A stretch of 64,000 nucleotides of DNA, taken from contig URSJ01000003.1 in NCBI GenBank assembly GCA_900550495.1, forward strand, positions 18,227 to 82,226. Direction: 5' to 3'. Shown here one piece after another: positions 46,297 to 55,911 of the stretch. This stretch comes from an uncultured Rickettsiales bacterium (GTDB lineage: Bacteria > Pseudomonadota > Alphaproteobacteria > Rs-D84). Positions within the stretch are counted from its first letter, which is position 1, and every line of letters begins with the position of its first letter. The notes beneath the pieces were generated by a model, which was given only the letters and a program-made list of their open reading frames with translations, was not told where the DNA came from and searched no databases. Both the position numbers and the translations under genes were made by a program.

Positions 46297-47343
46297 ATGA
46301 AAATTTGGATTGCAACAGGTGGCACGGGTGGACATGTTTTCCCGGCGTTGAGTGTTGCCGAAGAATTGGTCGCACGTGGTCATCGCATTACGATTTCATG
46401 TGATGGTCGCGTTCGCAAAATGGTGCGTGACGGTGCCCCGCGCGGCGCGCGTATATCGCATATCTGGGCGTCGGGTGTTGGCGCGAAAAGTAGACTGCAC
46501 CAGATGATTGCACTGTTTAAAATTGGTGTGTCGGCGTGCGCATTGATATTGCGTTTTATGGTTGCACGCCCCGACCGCGTTGTGGCATTTGGTGGATATG
46601 CATCGGTGCCGGCGGTTTTTGCAGCGCACATTTGGCACGTGCCAACATTTTTGCACGAACAAAATGGTGCAATTGGTCGCGCGAATAAATTTGCAATGCG
46701 CTGGGTCAAAACACTGATGACCAGTTTCCCAAATGTGTCCGGAATTCCATCTGGCACGGCAACAAATGTTGTTTATACCGGCCTGCCTGTGCGCAAGGAT
46801 TTCTTGGCGCATGCCGGCGCACCAATTACTGGTAAATCAAAACTATTGGTGACGGGTGGTTCGTTGGGGGCCCAGATTCTGGACGAAGTTGTCCCCGCAG
46901 CGATTGCGGCGATGAAAAATAAAAAGATTTTCGTCACACATCAAACGCGCCCGGAAAATGTTGCGCACTTGCAAAAGTTTTATGCCGATAATAAAATCCG
47001 CGCAAACGTGTTATCATTTATTCACGATATGGCGGCCCAGATTGTTGATGCTGATTTGATTATCGGACGCAGTGGGGCCAGCACCGTCATAGAATTGGAA
47101 ACAATCGGACGTGCGGCAATATTGGTGCCACTGAATATCAACCCAGACCAGGCCGCCAATGCGGAAAACTTTGCGCGTTTGGGTGGTGGTTTTGCCATAG
47201 AACAATCAAAATTCACACCACGATGGTTGGCGGCAACATTGTCAGAACTGTTTGATAACCCGTCACGTCTGGCGAAAATGGCAAAAAAGTCCTGTGTTCC
47301 AAATAATGCGGTCAAAATGATTGCCGACACAGTAACAAAATGA
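46297..47343 (+). CDS. murG: UDP-GlcNAc:lipid I N-acetylglucosaminyltransferase
   Basis: GGTGGHVFPALSVAEEL, ..GRSGASTVIELE.. Confidence 0.95.
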   Translation: MKIWIATGGTGGHVFPALSVAEELVARGHRITISCDGRVRKMVRDGAPRGARISHIWASGVGAKSRLHQMIALFKIGVSACALILRFMVARPDRVVAFGGYASVPAVFAAHIWHVPTFLHEQNGAIGRANKFAMRWVKTLMTSFPNVSGIPSGTATNVVYTGLPVRKDFLAHAGAPITGKSKLLVTGGSLGAQILDEVVPAAIAAMKNKKIFVTHQTRPENVAHLQKFYADNKIRANVLSFIHDMAAQIVDADLIIGRSGASTVIELETIGRAAILVPLNINPDQAANAENFARLGGGFAIEQSKFTPRWLAATLSELFDNPSRLAKMAKKSCVPNNAVKMIADTVTK

Positions 47344-47413
47344 TATCAGATGTATTTTCCGCTTGCGCCTGATTCGTCATTTGTTCTATGATTGAATCAG
47401 GAAGGAAAGGAAA

Positions 47414-48691
47414 ATGCGTCAAATCGCCGTTTCTGTATTTACGATATTTGTTGTTTTGCCCGCGTGGGCCAGTGCGCGTCTGCCGGTGGTCAATATTGCT
47501 GCGGGTGGTGTTTCCGCGCGTAGTGCATTTGGTGACACGATAACGAACGTGACGCCTGCTGCGCCGGTTCCTGCCGTCGCCACGCCCTCGATAGAGAAAA
47601 AGGTTATCGCCCGCGCATCGTCGAAAAAAAATGCTACGCCACGCGCTACTGCGGATATTACCGCTGGGGCCCAGATTGCAAAAAACGTTGATGTTTTATC
47701 CCCACGTCGCCCCAGTGGTGATCTGTGGGCACGTGCAACAGATGTGCCCCTGCGTATGCCAGATGCGTCTGAATTCGCGGTTTTTCGCAATGACAGCGCG
47801 TTGCCCGAAGAAAGTCTGGACGCATCGCCACGCGGAAATGTTGTCGCCAACGCCAGTACGCAATCAGATGTTATGCCATTGTCCGAATTTGATGCCCAGA
47901 TTGCACGTTTGAACGAGTTGCAAAAACGTGCTGACAACAGCGTAAATTCACGCGATTTTGCTGCCACAAAGCCAGCTGACATCACGGTGCACAGTATGCG
48001 TCCTGTCGTCGATGCGGCGGCGGTAACCGTGCCAGCACCCGTGAAATTATCGCGTATGGTTGTGCCTATGGCAGATGACGTTGTCGTTCGTGCGGTTGAA
48101 AAATCTGAATCTCCACGCATTATCGCGGTGCGCGATGATATGACAAAAATGTCGCCGACCGAATTGCGTCGCGCGTTTCGTAAAACATTTTTATCCGAAA
48201 ATAAACATTTATCAACATACCAAATTGATGACAGATTTGATGTGGCCAGTGATATGACAGCCAGTAGCGAGGGGTTCACCGCACGTCGTGATTTGTCCGA
48301 GGTTGGCGGTATCCGCCCATTGGAAATTAAAATAAAGTTCCGGGACGAAGATTCGGCCTTGTCACGTGATAATTATAACCTGTTGTCTGAATACGCAGGG
48401 ATTGTTTTGGCAAACCCTACGCGTGCGGTCCAGGTTGGTATTCCGCAAAACGTCGCAAACAATGCAGATGCGCGTAAATTGGCGGCGCGTCGCTTGGCCA
48501 TTGTGGAACAGGTCTTGCGCGACAGTGGTGTGTCTGAACAGCGTATTATGCCTGTCCTGTCCCAGCGTAATGACGAAGGTTTTGTTTTGCGTATGATTTC
48601 AAATGACCAGTATGAAACGCTGACCCAGAAGCGTCGTGATATCTTTGGTGACACGGTCAGTAAAAAAACATACAAAAGTATGAGTTGGTAA
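47414..48691 (+). CDS. Secreted protein with Arg-rich N-terminal region and weak OmpA/MotB-like C-terminal domain
   Basis: Signal peptide ..VVLPAWASA. The C-terminus IKFRDEDSALSRDNYNLLSEYAG..AVQVG..ARKLAARRLAIVEQVLRDSGVSEQRI follows the OmpA_C pattern loosely. The antisense ORF 47419..48279 is rejected. Confidence 0.55.
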   Translation: MRQIAVSVFTIFVVLPAWASARLPVVNIAAGGVSARSAFGDTITNVTPAAPVPAVATPSIEKKVIARASSKKNATPRATADITAGAQIAKNVDVLSPRRPSGDLWARATDVPLRMPDASEFAVFRNDSALPEESLDASPRGNVVANASTQSDVMPLSEFDAQIARLNELQKRADNSVNSRDFAATKPADITVHSMRPVVDAAAVTVPAPVKLSRMVVPMADDVVVRAVEKSESPRIIAVRDDMTKMSPTELRRAFRKTFLSENKHLSTYQIDDRFDVASDMTASSEGFTARRDLSEVGGIRPLEIKIKFRDEDSALSRDNYNLLSEYAGIVLANPTRAVQVGIPQNVANNADARKLAARRLAIVEQVLRDSGVSEQRIMPVLSQRNDEGFVLRMISNDQYETLTQKRRDIFGDTVSKKTYKSMSW

Positions 48692-48706
48692 TCCAACAAA
48701 TATAAA

Positions 48707-49447
48707 ATGCGTATCTCTGGAATTATTAAAAAATATTTTTCAGGTTTTATTGATTTTTTGTTCCCGCCGTCGTGCCCGTTATGTTCGGCGGCGGTGTCTA
48801 ATCATGGGCAGCTGTGTGCAGATTGTTGGACGGCATTTAATTGGATTGACGGCCTGCGTTGTGCCCAGTGTGGATATCCGTTCCCGATGCATCTTGATTT
48901 GCCGGACGGGGCGTTGTGTCCAGTATGTGCGTCTGGTGCGTGTGAATTGGATTCGATACGCAGTGCCTGTGTTTATGACGAGGCGTCGCGTGCAGCTATG
49001 TTGCCGTTCAAGCATTGTGGGCGCACGAAATATGCGCGTTTTATGTCGCACGCGTGTATTTGGGCGTTACGTGATACTGATATTGCCCCAGATATTGTAA
49101 TGCCGGTGCCACTGGCGTATCGACGGTTGGTTCATCGCACGTATAACCAGGCAACATTGTTGGCACGCCCGATTGCGCGTGCATACAATGCGTATCTGGA
49201 CGTGGCTAGTGTGCGTCGTGCGTATCGTCCAGATATGGGACATAAAAATGCACGCCAGCGTGCTGAAAATATCCGCGGTGCATTCCACGTTGTCCGTCCT
49301 GATAAAATTCGTGGACGGCGAATATTGTTGGTCGATGATGTTATGACATCTGGTGCAACTTTTTCAGAATTGCGACGTGTCCTGGTGCGGGCGGGTGCGG
49401 TTGCAGTATATGGCGTGACGTTTTGTCGCGTTGTTCGTGCGCATTAA
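48707..49447 (+). CDS. comF: ComF-family phosphoribosyltransferase-like protein
   Basis: N-terminal Cys clusters (CPLC..CADC..CAQC..CPVC), PRT motif ILLVDDVMTSGAT. Confidence 0.85.
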   Translation: MRISGIIKKYFSGFIDFLFPPSCPLCSAAVSNHGQLCADCWTAFNWIDGLRCAQCGYPFPMHLDLPDGALCPVCASGACELDSIRSACVYDEASRAAMLPFKHCGRTKYARFMSHACIWALRDTDIAPDIVMPVPLAYRRLVHRTYNQATLLARPIARAYNAYLDVASVRRAYRPDMGHKNARQRAENIRGAFHVVRPDKIRGRRILLVDDVMTSGATFSELRRVLVRAGAVAVYGVTFCRVVRAH

Positions 49448-49454
49448 AGTTGTA

Positions 49455-49482
49455 TAAAAAAATCCCGCCAACGGCGGGGTTA
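49455..49482. terminator. Hairpin terminator shared by convergent genes
   Basis: CCCGCC-AAC-GGCGGG. The T-tract is good on the minus strand. Confidence 0.65.
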
Positions 49483-49483
49483 C

Positions 49484-49885
49484 TTATTTTACGTTTTGCA
49501 ATGACTTCAAGAACATCAATGCTGCTTTATCTTTTTCATTCATCAGCGCGGCGTTTTCTTGAATCTGTTTTTCTTTTTCTTGGTCACGCATTTTGTTCGC
49601 GCATGCGTCAATGATATTGAATACAGACTCCTGCTCATCGGTCTTTTTGGCCAATGGATTTACATACCATTCAATTTTGGCGATACTTTGACCGTTCACA
49701 CTGACATCATACATACCGTAATCCCAGCCGTCTGACACAGAAATGATTTCTTTGCCAGCATTGTTCAATACACTATAGATGTCAATCCCCCAATTTGCGC
49801 GGCGCACAACACGGTTAGATTTGATTGTGTTAATAATTTCTTTTTCCAGAATTTTGTTCATGCCATATCCTTTTTTATTTCGCAT
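49484..49885 (-). CDS. Hypothetical protein
   Basis: 133-aa ORF followed by a terminator. No recognisable motif. Internal start MNKILEKE (49861) is possible. Confidence 0.45.
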   Translation of the reverse strand: MRNKKGYGMNKILEKEIINTIKSNRVVRRANWGIDIYSVLNNAGKEIISVSDGWDYGMYDVSVNGQSIAKIEWYVNPLAKKTDEQESVFNIIDACANKMRDQEKEKQIQENAALMNEKDKAALMFLKSLQNVK

Positions 49886-50014
49886 CTAGTGTATAATACG
49901 TAAAATAAATTTGTCAAGTGTTTTTACGTTGGTGTTTGATATGCGTGCTTGAATTTTCAAATTATTCTGATACGATTTGCAAGATAGTTTAAAAACAACC
50001 AAGAAGCACATAAA

Positions 50015-52417
50015 ATGAACATAGAATTGGGCAAAAATATAAACGCACGTGAAATTGAAACAAAAATCCAGGAATTTTGGGATAAAAATCAGTTTTGGAA
50101 CAATGATGTAAAATCGGACAAGCCGGCATTTTGCATTATGATGCCACCGCCAAACGTGACAGGCAGCTTGCATATGGGGCATGCGCTGGATAACGTTTTG
50201 ACTGATATTGTTTGTCGTTATAAACGTATGTGCGGTTATGATGTTTTATGGCAACCGGGAACCGATCACGCGTCAATCGCGACCCAGTTACTGGTGGAAC
50301 GTGATTTGTCCAAGCGCGGAATCAATCCACGCACAAAAACCAAGCAAGAATTGCTGGATATTGCTTGGGCGTGGAAGGCGGACAAAGGCGGTCAGATTAT
50401 GAACCAGTTGCACATATTGGGCGTGACGCCGGTATGGGCACGTGAACGCTTTACAATGGACGCTGGGCTGTCTGCGGCGGTGAATAAATTATTTGTTCAA
50501 ATGTATAACCAGGGGCTGATTTATCGTGCGCGTCGGTTGGTCAACTGGTGTCCAAAGCAACAGACGTCTATTTCTGATTTAGAGGTAGAAGTTCGCGAAG
50601 AACACGGTAAATTCTATTATTTCAAATATCCGTTGCGCGATGGTGGTTTTATTGAAATTGCGACAACGCGTCCCGAAACACTGTTCGGCGACCAGGCGAT
50701 TGCGATTCACCCAGATAATGAAAAATTAAAACACTTGATTGGCAAAACGGCAATTATTCCGCTGACGAATATCGAAATCCCGGTTATTGCCGATGTGCAC
50801 GCCGACCCAGACAAGGGAACCGGTGCGGTGAAAATCACACCTGCGCACGACAAAGATGACTGGGCGGTTGGTATGCGTCATAATTTGCCGGTTGTATGTG
50901 TTTTGACCAATGACGCCAAAATGGCAGACATTGATGTCGTGCCAGAAAAATATCGTGGTATGGACCGCTTTGCCGCACGTGCCGAAATAATCAAAGATTT
51001 AGATGCCGCCGGATTGATGATAAAAATTGACGACAAGGTTATTCCGACGCCGTATTCTGAACGTGGCAATGTTGTTATTGAATACATGGTTCGTGACGAG
51101 TGGTTTGTTGATGCCAAGAAATTGGCCGCGCCGGCAATTCGCGCCGTAGAAGAGGGCAAGGTTAAATTCATGCCTGAACATCGTTATAACCTGTTTATGG
51201 CATGGATGCGCGATATTCACGAGTGGTCTATTTCGCGTCAACTGTGGTGGGGACACCAGATTCCGGCCTGGTATGACGCAGACGGTAATATCTATGTCGC
51301 CGAAACCGAGGCAGACGCCATCGCGCAATCAGGTGGACGTGAATTGACGCGTGACACATCGTGTTTGGATACGTGGTTCTCGTCTGGGTTGTGGCCGTTT
51401 TCTACGCTGGGGTGGCCAGAACAGACACCAGAACTGAAAAAATATTATCCAACAGATTTGTTATACACGGCCGCAGATATTATATTCTTTTGGGTTGCGC
51501 GTATGCTGATGATGGGTATATACGTGATGGGCGACGTTCCGTTCCACACGGTGAATTTCCACGGCCTGGTTCGCGATGCCAAGGGACAGAAAATGTCCAA
51601 GACCAAGGGCAACGGCACAGACCCATTGGCGGTGGTTGAAAAGTTTGGTGTTGATGCGCTACGCTATTGGGTTGCAACGGCACCTATTGGAACAGACATC
51701 AGATACAGCGATGACGAGGTTAAACGTGGTTCTAAATTACTGACCAAGTTGTGGAACGCGTCAAAATACACATTGATGAATCTGACAGATTTTGACCCGA
51801 AAACGGCGACGCCGGTGGCGGTCAAAGACCGTTATATAGAAGACCGCTGGGTCATGGCGGAATTGAACAAAACAATCGCAGATGTTCGTCGCAATTTGGA
51901 TAAATACGATAATTATAATTCCCGTGCGGCGATTGACACGTTCTTTTACGATGTGTTCTGTGACCAGTATTTGGAATTCATCAAGGATCGTTTTTGGTCG
52001 CCGGAAAAATACGACGCGAATTCTAAATTGTCGGCCCAGTGGACATTGTTCCAGGTCTTGCGTGCGATTATCGGATTGTATGCGCCGTTTATCCCGTTCC
52101 TGACCGAAGAATTGTGGCAGAAAATTTATCAGGATTCCGAAGGGGGCGAAACCCTGCACCTGACGGCATATCCAGCAGTGGACGATGCGCACGATACCGA
52201 TGTTCGTGACATGCAAATTGCGCTGGATATATTGCGGACGGTTCGTGGTCTGCGCACAGAGCGCAAGGTTGGCAATGGTGCAAAACTGGAAACACTGACG
52301 ATTCCGGCGACGACGCCTGTGGCGTTACATGGGGTTATAAAGTCTGCTGCACGTGCAAATCAAATCGTGTTGGGCGATAACGTTGATTTTGTCGTTGCCC
52401 AGAATATCCAAGGGTAA
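50015..52417 (+). CDS. valS: Valyl-tRNA synthetase (short form, apparently lacking the C-terminal coiled-coil)
   Basis: PPPNVTGSLHMGHAL (HIGH) and KMSKTKGN (KMSKS). 800 aa, ending soon after the anticodon-binding region. Confidence 0.95.
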   Translation: MNIELGKNINAREIETKIQEFWDKNQFWNNDVKSDKPAFCIMMPPPNVTGSLHMGHALDNVLTDIVCRYKRMCGYDVLWQPGTDHASIATQLLVERDLSKRGINPRTKTKQELLDIAWAWKADKGGQIMNQLHILGVTPVWARERFTMDAGLSAAVNKLFVQMYNQGLIYRARRLVNWCPKQQTSISDLEVEVREEHGKFYYFKYPLRDGGFIEIATTRPETLFGDQAIAIHPDNEKLKHLIGKTAIIPLTNIEIPVIADVHADPDKGTGAVKITPAHDKDDWAVGMRHNLPVVCVLTNDAKMADIDVVPEKYRGMDRFAARAEIIKDLDAAGLMIKIDDKVIPTPYSERGNVVIEYMVRDEWFVDAKKLAAPAIRAVEEGKVKFMPEHRYNLFMAWMRDIHEWSISRQLWWGHQIPAWYDADGNIYVAETEADAIAQSGGRELTRDTSCLDTWFSSGLWPFSTLGWPEQTPELKKYYPTDLLYTAADIIFFWVARMLMMGIYVMGDVPFHTVNFHGLVRDAKGQKMSKTKGNGTDPLAVVEKFGVDALRYWVATAPIGTDIRYSDDEVKRGSKLLTKLWNASKYTLMNLTDFDPKTATPVAVKDRYIEDRWVMAELNKTIADVRRNLDKYDNYNSRAAIDTFFYDVFCDQYLEFIKDRFWSPEKYDANSKLSAQWTLFQVLRAIIGLYAPFIPFLTEELWQKIYQDSEGGETLHLTAYPAVDDAHDTDVRDMQIALDILRTVRGLRTERKVGNGAKLETLTIPATTPVALHGVIKSAARANQIVLGDNVDFVVAQNIQG

Positions 52418-52422
52418 TTGTG

Positions 52423-53148
52423 ATGTCTGATAAACTGGTTGTGAAACGTGTTTTACAGGCATACCAATGTGACCGATATGGTTACGTGCGCCCGTTGATT
52501 CTGATGAACGAATTACAGGGGTGCGCCGACACGCATGCCGAAATGTTGGGCTGTGGTCGCACGTTCTTGACCGAACAGAATATGGCGTGGGTGGTGACGC
52601 ATTACCTGGTTGATATCCTGGAATTGCCACGCGAAGGCGAAGAATTAACATTTTCAACATGGCCCTCGATGAAAGAATTATTGCGTGCCACGCGTGATTT
52701 TGAAATTCGTGGCGCAGACGGTCGTCTGATGGTGCGTGCAACGTCCCAGTGGGTCTTGATTGATATGGCAACGCGTCGCCCGGTGCGATTAGATGCCGCG
52801 GTGCCAGCGTTGGTGCAAAGTGGCGCACGTGCCTGGGACAGAATATTTTGTAAGTTCCCGGATTTTGTGGCAGAGAAAACGCACGTATTCAAATGCCGGT
52901 TTGACGATATTGATGTGAACCAGCATATAAATAATGCGGTCTATGCCGTATGGGCAACAGAAAGTGTTGGATATGTATTTCGCAATGCGCACAAATTACG
53001 TTGCATTGAGTTGAGCTTTAAAAAAGAAATTAATCCTGACACGCCCCAGGTTGAAATTGACGTTGCGATTGACGGCGATGTTTCGCGTCATCGTATTCGC
53101 ACAGGTGACACAGAACATGCATCGGTCATATGCACCTGGTCAGAATAA
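52423..53148 (+). CDS. Acyl-ACP thioesterase-family protein (double hotdog)
   Basis: ..QCDRYGYVRPLILMNELQ..MAWVVTHY.. and a second half ..FDDIDVNQHINNAVY.. typical of the family. Confidence 0.6.
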   Translation: MSDKLVVKRVLQAYQCDRYGYVRPLILMNELQGCADTHAEMLGCGRTFLTEQNMAWVVTHYLVDILELPREGEELTFSTWPSMKELLRATRDFEIRGADGRLMVRATSQWVLIDMATRRPVRLDAAVPALVQSGARAWDRIFCKFPDFVAEKTHVFKCRFDDIDVNQHINNAVYAVWATESVGYVFRNAHKLRCIELSFKKEINPDTPQVEIDVAIDGDVSRHRIRTGDTEHASVICTWSE

Positions 53149-53175
53149 AAAACCGCCCCACCGGGCGGTTTTTTT
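53147..53175 (+). terminator. Rho-independent terminator
   Basis: CCGCCC-CAC-CGGGCGG followed by a T7 tract. Confidence 0.8.
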
Positions 53176-53263
53176 AGTGACAAAGTGAGAAAGTGACAGA
53201 GTGAGAAAGTGACAGAGTGAGAGAGTGACAAAGTGAGAGAGTGACAAAGTGACAGAGTGATAA
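53176..53263 (+). repeat. Tandem octamer array (AGTGAnnn) x11
   Basis: agtgacaa agtgagaa agtgacag agtgagaa agtgacag agtgagag agtgacaa agtgagag agtgacaa agtgacag agtgataa. Confidence 0.9.
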
Positions 53264-53281
53264 ATTTTTTATTCTAAAACT

Positions 53282-53321
53282 AAATCACTAAATCACTATA
53301 TCACTGTATCACTTCATCACT
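53282..53321 (-). repeat. Tandem octamer array (nnnTCACT) x5, inverted partner of 53176-53263
   Basis: aaatcact aaatcact atatcact gtatcact tcatcact. Separated from the left array by only 18 bp (attttttattctaaaact). Confidence 0.9.
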
Positions 53322-53347
53322 AAAAACCACCCCGTTGGGGTGGTTTT
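53322..53347 (-). terminator. Rho-independent terminator of the minus-strand two-gene operon
   Basis: AAAAACCACCCC-GTT-GGGGTGGTTTT. Confidence 0.75.
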
Positions 53348-54134
53348 ATTGTTGTTTTTGGGGTTGTTGCTGTTTTGATGTCAGATTACTGGTCGCGTTT
53401 CGTATTGATATGTTCAATTTATTCAAGCATTGCTGAAATATCGTGCGATTGTTGATTTGCTTGACTTGGGTGCAGTCAACTGTTTTGCCATCAATTTTGA
53501 CCTGTTGCAAATCGCCTTTGTTTATTGTTGCCCCAGCTGCATTATCAACCACGACCTGGACATCGTTTGCCAATTGTTTGCGTAATTCGGCCGAAATATT
53601 CGTGCCACCATTTGACATGTTGTAAATCAGATTATAATTACTGCGCAGGCATGTAAATACTTCGGATGTGGTGCTCATATTGTTGCAATTTTGGGTTCCT
53701 GCCAGGTAATTGTTTTTATCGCCACTGATATTCCCCATGCCGCGCACGCTAGATGATGTGCCACTATTGGACGAATCGGCACCTGCTGCTTGGAGTTTTG
53801 TGGTCAAAACGGCCTTTTCCAGTTGGGTTTTAAAACGGCGAAGTGTTGCGTCCAGATAGTCATACTGTTTTTTCATCTGTTGCGTCATGACCGTCGTTTT
53901 TAATGCGACAACATCGCGCATTAACTGTTTGTCAGATTCATTTGTTGGGTTTGATACGTCGCCAATGTTATAGACGTGCGTGCTGCACAATGCCAGTTCC
54001 GCGACAATGCGATCGTTTTTTTCGTCGTCGCAACCATCAGATGCAGCAAACGCCGGCACCACAAAAGCGGCGATAACGGTTGTCACGCATAGAAAATTTT
54101 TTATCCTGTCAAAACTAGTTTGTTTTGTTTGCAT
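53346..54134 (-). CDS. Secreted protein of unknown function (second gene of the Cys-rich operon)
   Basis: Signal peptide ..VIAAFVVPAFA, then ASDGCDD. Central coiled-coil-like KKQYDYLDATLRRFKTQLEK. Gln-rich tail. Start ATG 54134 overlaps the upstream gene end by 20 nt. Confidence 0.6.
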   Translation of the reverse strand: MQTKQTSFDRIKNFLCVTTVIAAFVVPAFAASDGCDDEKNDRIVAELALCSTHVYNIGDVSNPTNESDKQLMRDVVALKTTVMTQQMKKQYDYLDATLRRFKTQLEKAVLTTKLQAAGADSSNSGTSSSVRGMGNISGDKNNYLAGTQNCNNMSTTSEVFTCLRSNYNLIYNMSNGGTNISAELRKQLANDVQVVVDNAAGATINKGDLQQVKIDGKTVDCTQVKQINNRTIFQQCLNKLNISIRNATSNLTSKQQQPQKQQ

Positions 54135-55893
54135 CTGATAAACTCCAAGTGCACCCTTTTTTAGGGTCAAATGTCAAATAACGGCAGTTGCATTGTGACA
54201 TAATACCCGCAGAGAGCCACGTTCCGCCGGTTCTTTTACACAGAGCGCATGTTTCATTACCGGCACAATTAAACATTATTTGCATGTTTTGTGTCGAAAA
54301 GTCATACAGGCTAGTTGCGTCAATACGCCCCACGCCTTGGGCAGAGATGCCACCTTTGTTTTTCCATTTGGTCAACAAATCTGTGTCAGTTGTGCATATT
54401 TTCGAAGGTAATTTTTTCAAACTGGCATATTTTTGTAAATCACTCAATGTCGTTTCGTTCACTGCACAATATTTTACACCGTCTGGATTAGGTTGCATGT
54501 TGCCACGCAGTTTACTTGAACCATACACAGATGGGGCGTCCTGTTCAATAATGCGTTGCAGTGTGTCAATATCAATTGATGCCTGTTTTTTGCGGTTGCG
54601 GAACAGGGCGGATGTGTCCAGTGCCTCGGACGCACAGCCGACGCGAACCTGGGCATTTTCAAAACCTTCGTCTGGATATAACCAATTATACTGGACTTCG
54701 TCATTGCTGGTCAGCATTTGAATCAATTGACAGCCGCCGTCGGATGTGGGCACAACCTGGCCAACCTTGCATTTTGCGCCGCCCAGAACAGTCGCTTTAT
54801 CCCCGTTTTCGGATATTGAAATGCCATTTACGCAATTTTTGCTGGTATAATGCATAACCTGACCGTCGGCGCACAGATATTTTGCCCATGCGTTACATGT
54901 TCCATTCAACATCATATAAATATCGGTGATGTCAACGCCGACCGATTGCGCCATTATCAATGCATCATATAATTCGTCCAGCACGGCGTTATATGGGTCA
55001 AAAAATTCCATTGCACGTTGTTTAAATGTCTTGACCCGTTTTGGGCCGGCACAATTGTTGCCCGATGTGTCGCACCCGGCATATTCAAACGTGCGTTCCA
55101 TTGCAGATTTTAATGTTTTTAATTTGTTTTGGGCATTTTCAATTTTTGACATAATTTGTCCCGCGATTTGTTCGCGTGCCAATATATCGGCCGATACGCC
55201 TGATTCTGCCGCTGTCGTTTGTGCCACTGTCAAATTATTATCTGATGTTATTGTAGAATTGTCCGACTGTGTGATACTGGTCGTCGCGCTGTTCGCGGGT
55301 GTCGGATTTGCTGACGCAACAGCAGACGCGATTGCGGCGGCGGTGGCCTCTTGCTGTTGGGTCAGGGCATCGCGCAGCGCACTGGCGGTTTCGGCATTTT
55401 GTTGCTGTAATTCCTGCATCTGGGCCTGCATGGCCTGTAATTGCTCGCTACTCTGCTGTGCGGCGGCCTGTGCGGCGGCGGTTTGTGCGGCCGCAGCCTG
55501 GGCATTGGCGCGCGCGGTTGACGTTGCAACCAGTTGCGCCGAAATATATTCAACCAGTTCGTTACCATATTGCTTGCACGTGGCGTTTGATTGCACGCAA
55601 CCCGATACAATCGGCGTGGCAATTTCCATTGTGGTGCAACCGCCCGATGCGCACTTTGGCTGGGCACAGCGCAATATCAGCGCGTTACAATTACCAAAAT
55701 CTGCACGCGGGGCATTCGCAACATTCTGGCCGCGCGGATTCATCATTGTGTTCCATGTGTTGTTATTAATTGCGCCCGCCGCACCGTTATATGCTGTTAA
55801 ATTGCTGCCCGCAGTGGTTGCAACAGCGGCCATCGCTGGTGTCACAGACACTAGCGCCAATGCCGAAACTAAAAATTTTGATATAGATTTCAT
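54115..55893 (-). CDS. Secreted Cys-rich (CX6C-module) protein with Ala/Gln coiled-coil segment
   Basis: Signal peptide MKSISKFLVSALALVSVTPAMA. CNALILRCAQPKCASGGC.. module. AQAAAAQTAAAQ..QAMQAQMQELQQQ segment. The long antisense ORF 54926..55912 is rejected. Confidence 0.7.
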   Translation of the reverse strand: MKSISKFLVSALALVSVTPAMAAVATTAGSNLTAYNGAAGAINNNTWNTMMNPRGQNVANAPRADFGNCNALILRCAQPKCASGGCTTMEIATPIVSGCVQSNATCKQYGNELVEYISAQLVATSTARANAQAAAAQTAAAQAAAQQSSEQLQAMQAQMQELQQQNAETASALRDALTQQQEATAAAIASAVASANPTPANSATTSITQSDNSTITSDNNLTVAQTTAAESGVSADILAREQIAGQIMSKIENAQNKLKTLKSAMERTFEYAGCDTSGNNCAGPKRVKTFKQRAMEFFDPYNAVLDELYDALIMAQSVGVDITDIYMMLNGTCNAWAKYLCADGQVMHYTSKNCVNGISISENGDKATVLGGAKCKVGQVVPTSDGGCQLIQMLTSNDEVQYNWLYPDEGFENAQVRVGCASEALDTSALFRNRKKQASIDIDTLQRIIEQDAPSVYGSSKLRGNMQPNPDGVKYCAVNETTLSDLQKYASLKKLPSKICTTDTDLLTKWKNKGGISAQGVGRIDATSLYDFSTQNMQIMFNCAGNETCALCKRTGGTWLSAGIMSQCNCRYLTFDPKKGCTWSLSDANKTN

Positions 55894-55911
55894 ATTCTCT
55901 CTGTTGCGGTA

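Noticed and set aside
47419-48279. 286-aa minus-strand ORF antisense to 47414..48691.
   Set aside because: The plus-strand ORF has a Shine-Dalgarno, a signal peptide and a structured C-terminal domain. The antisense ORF is compositional shadow.
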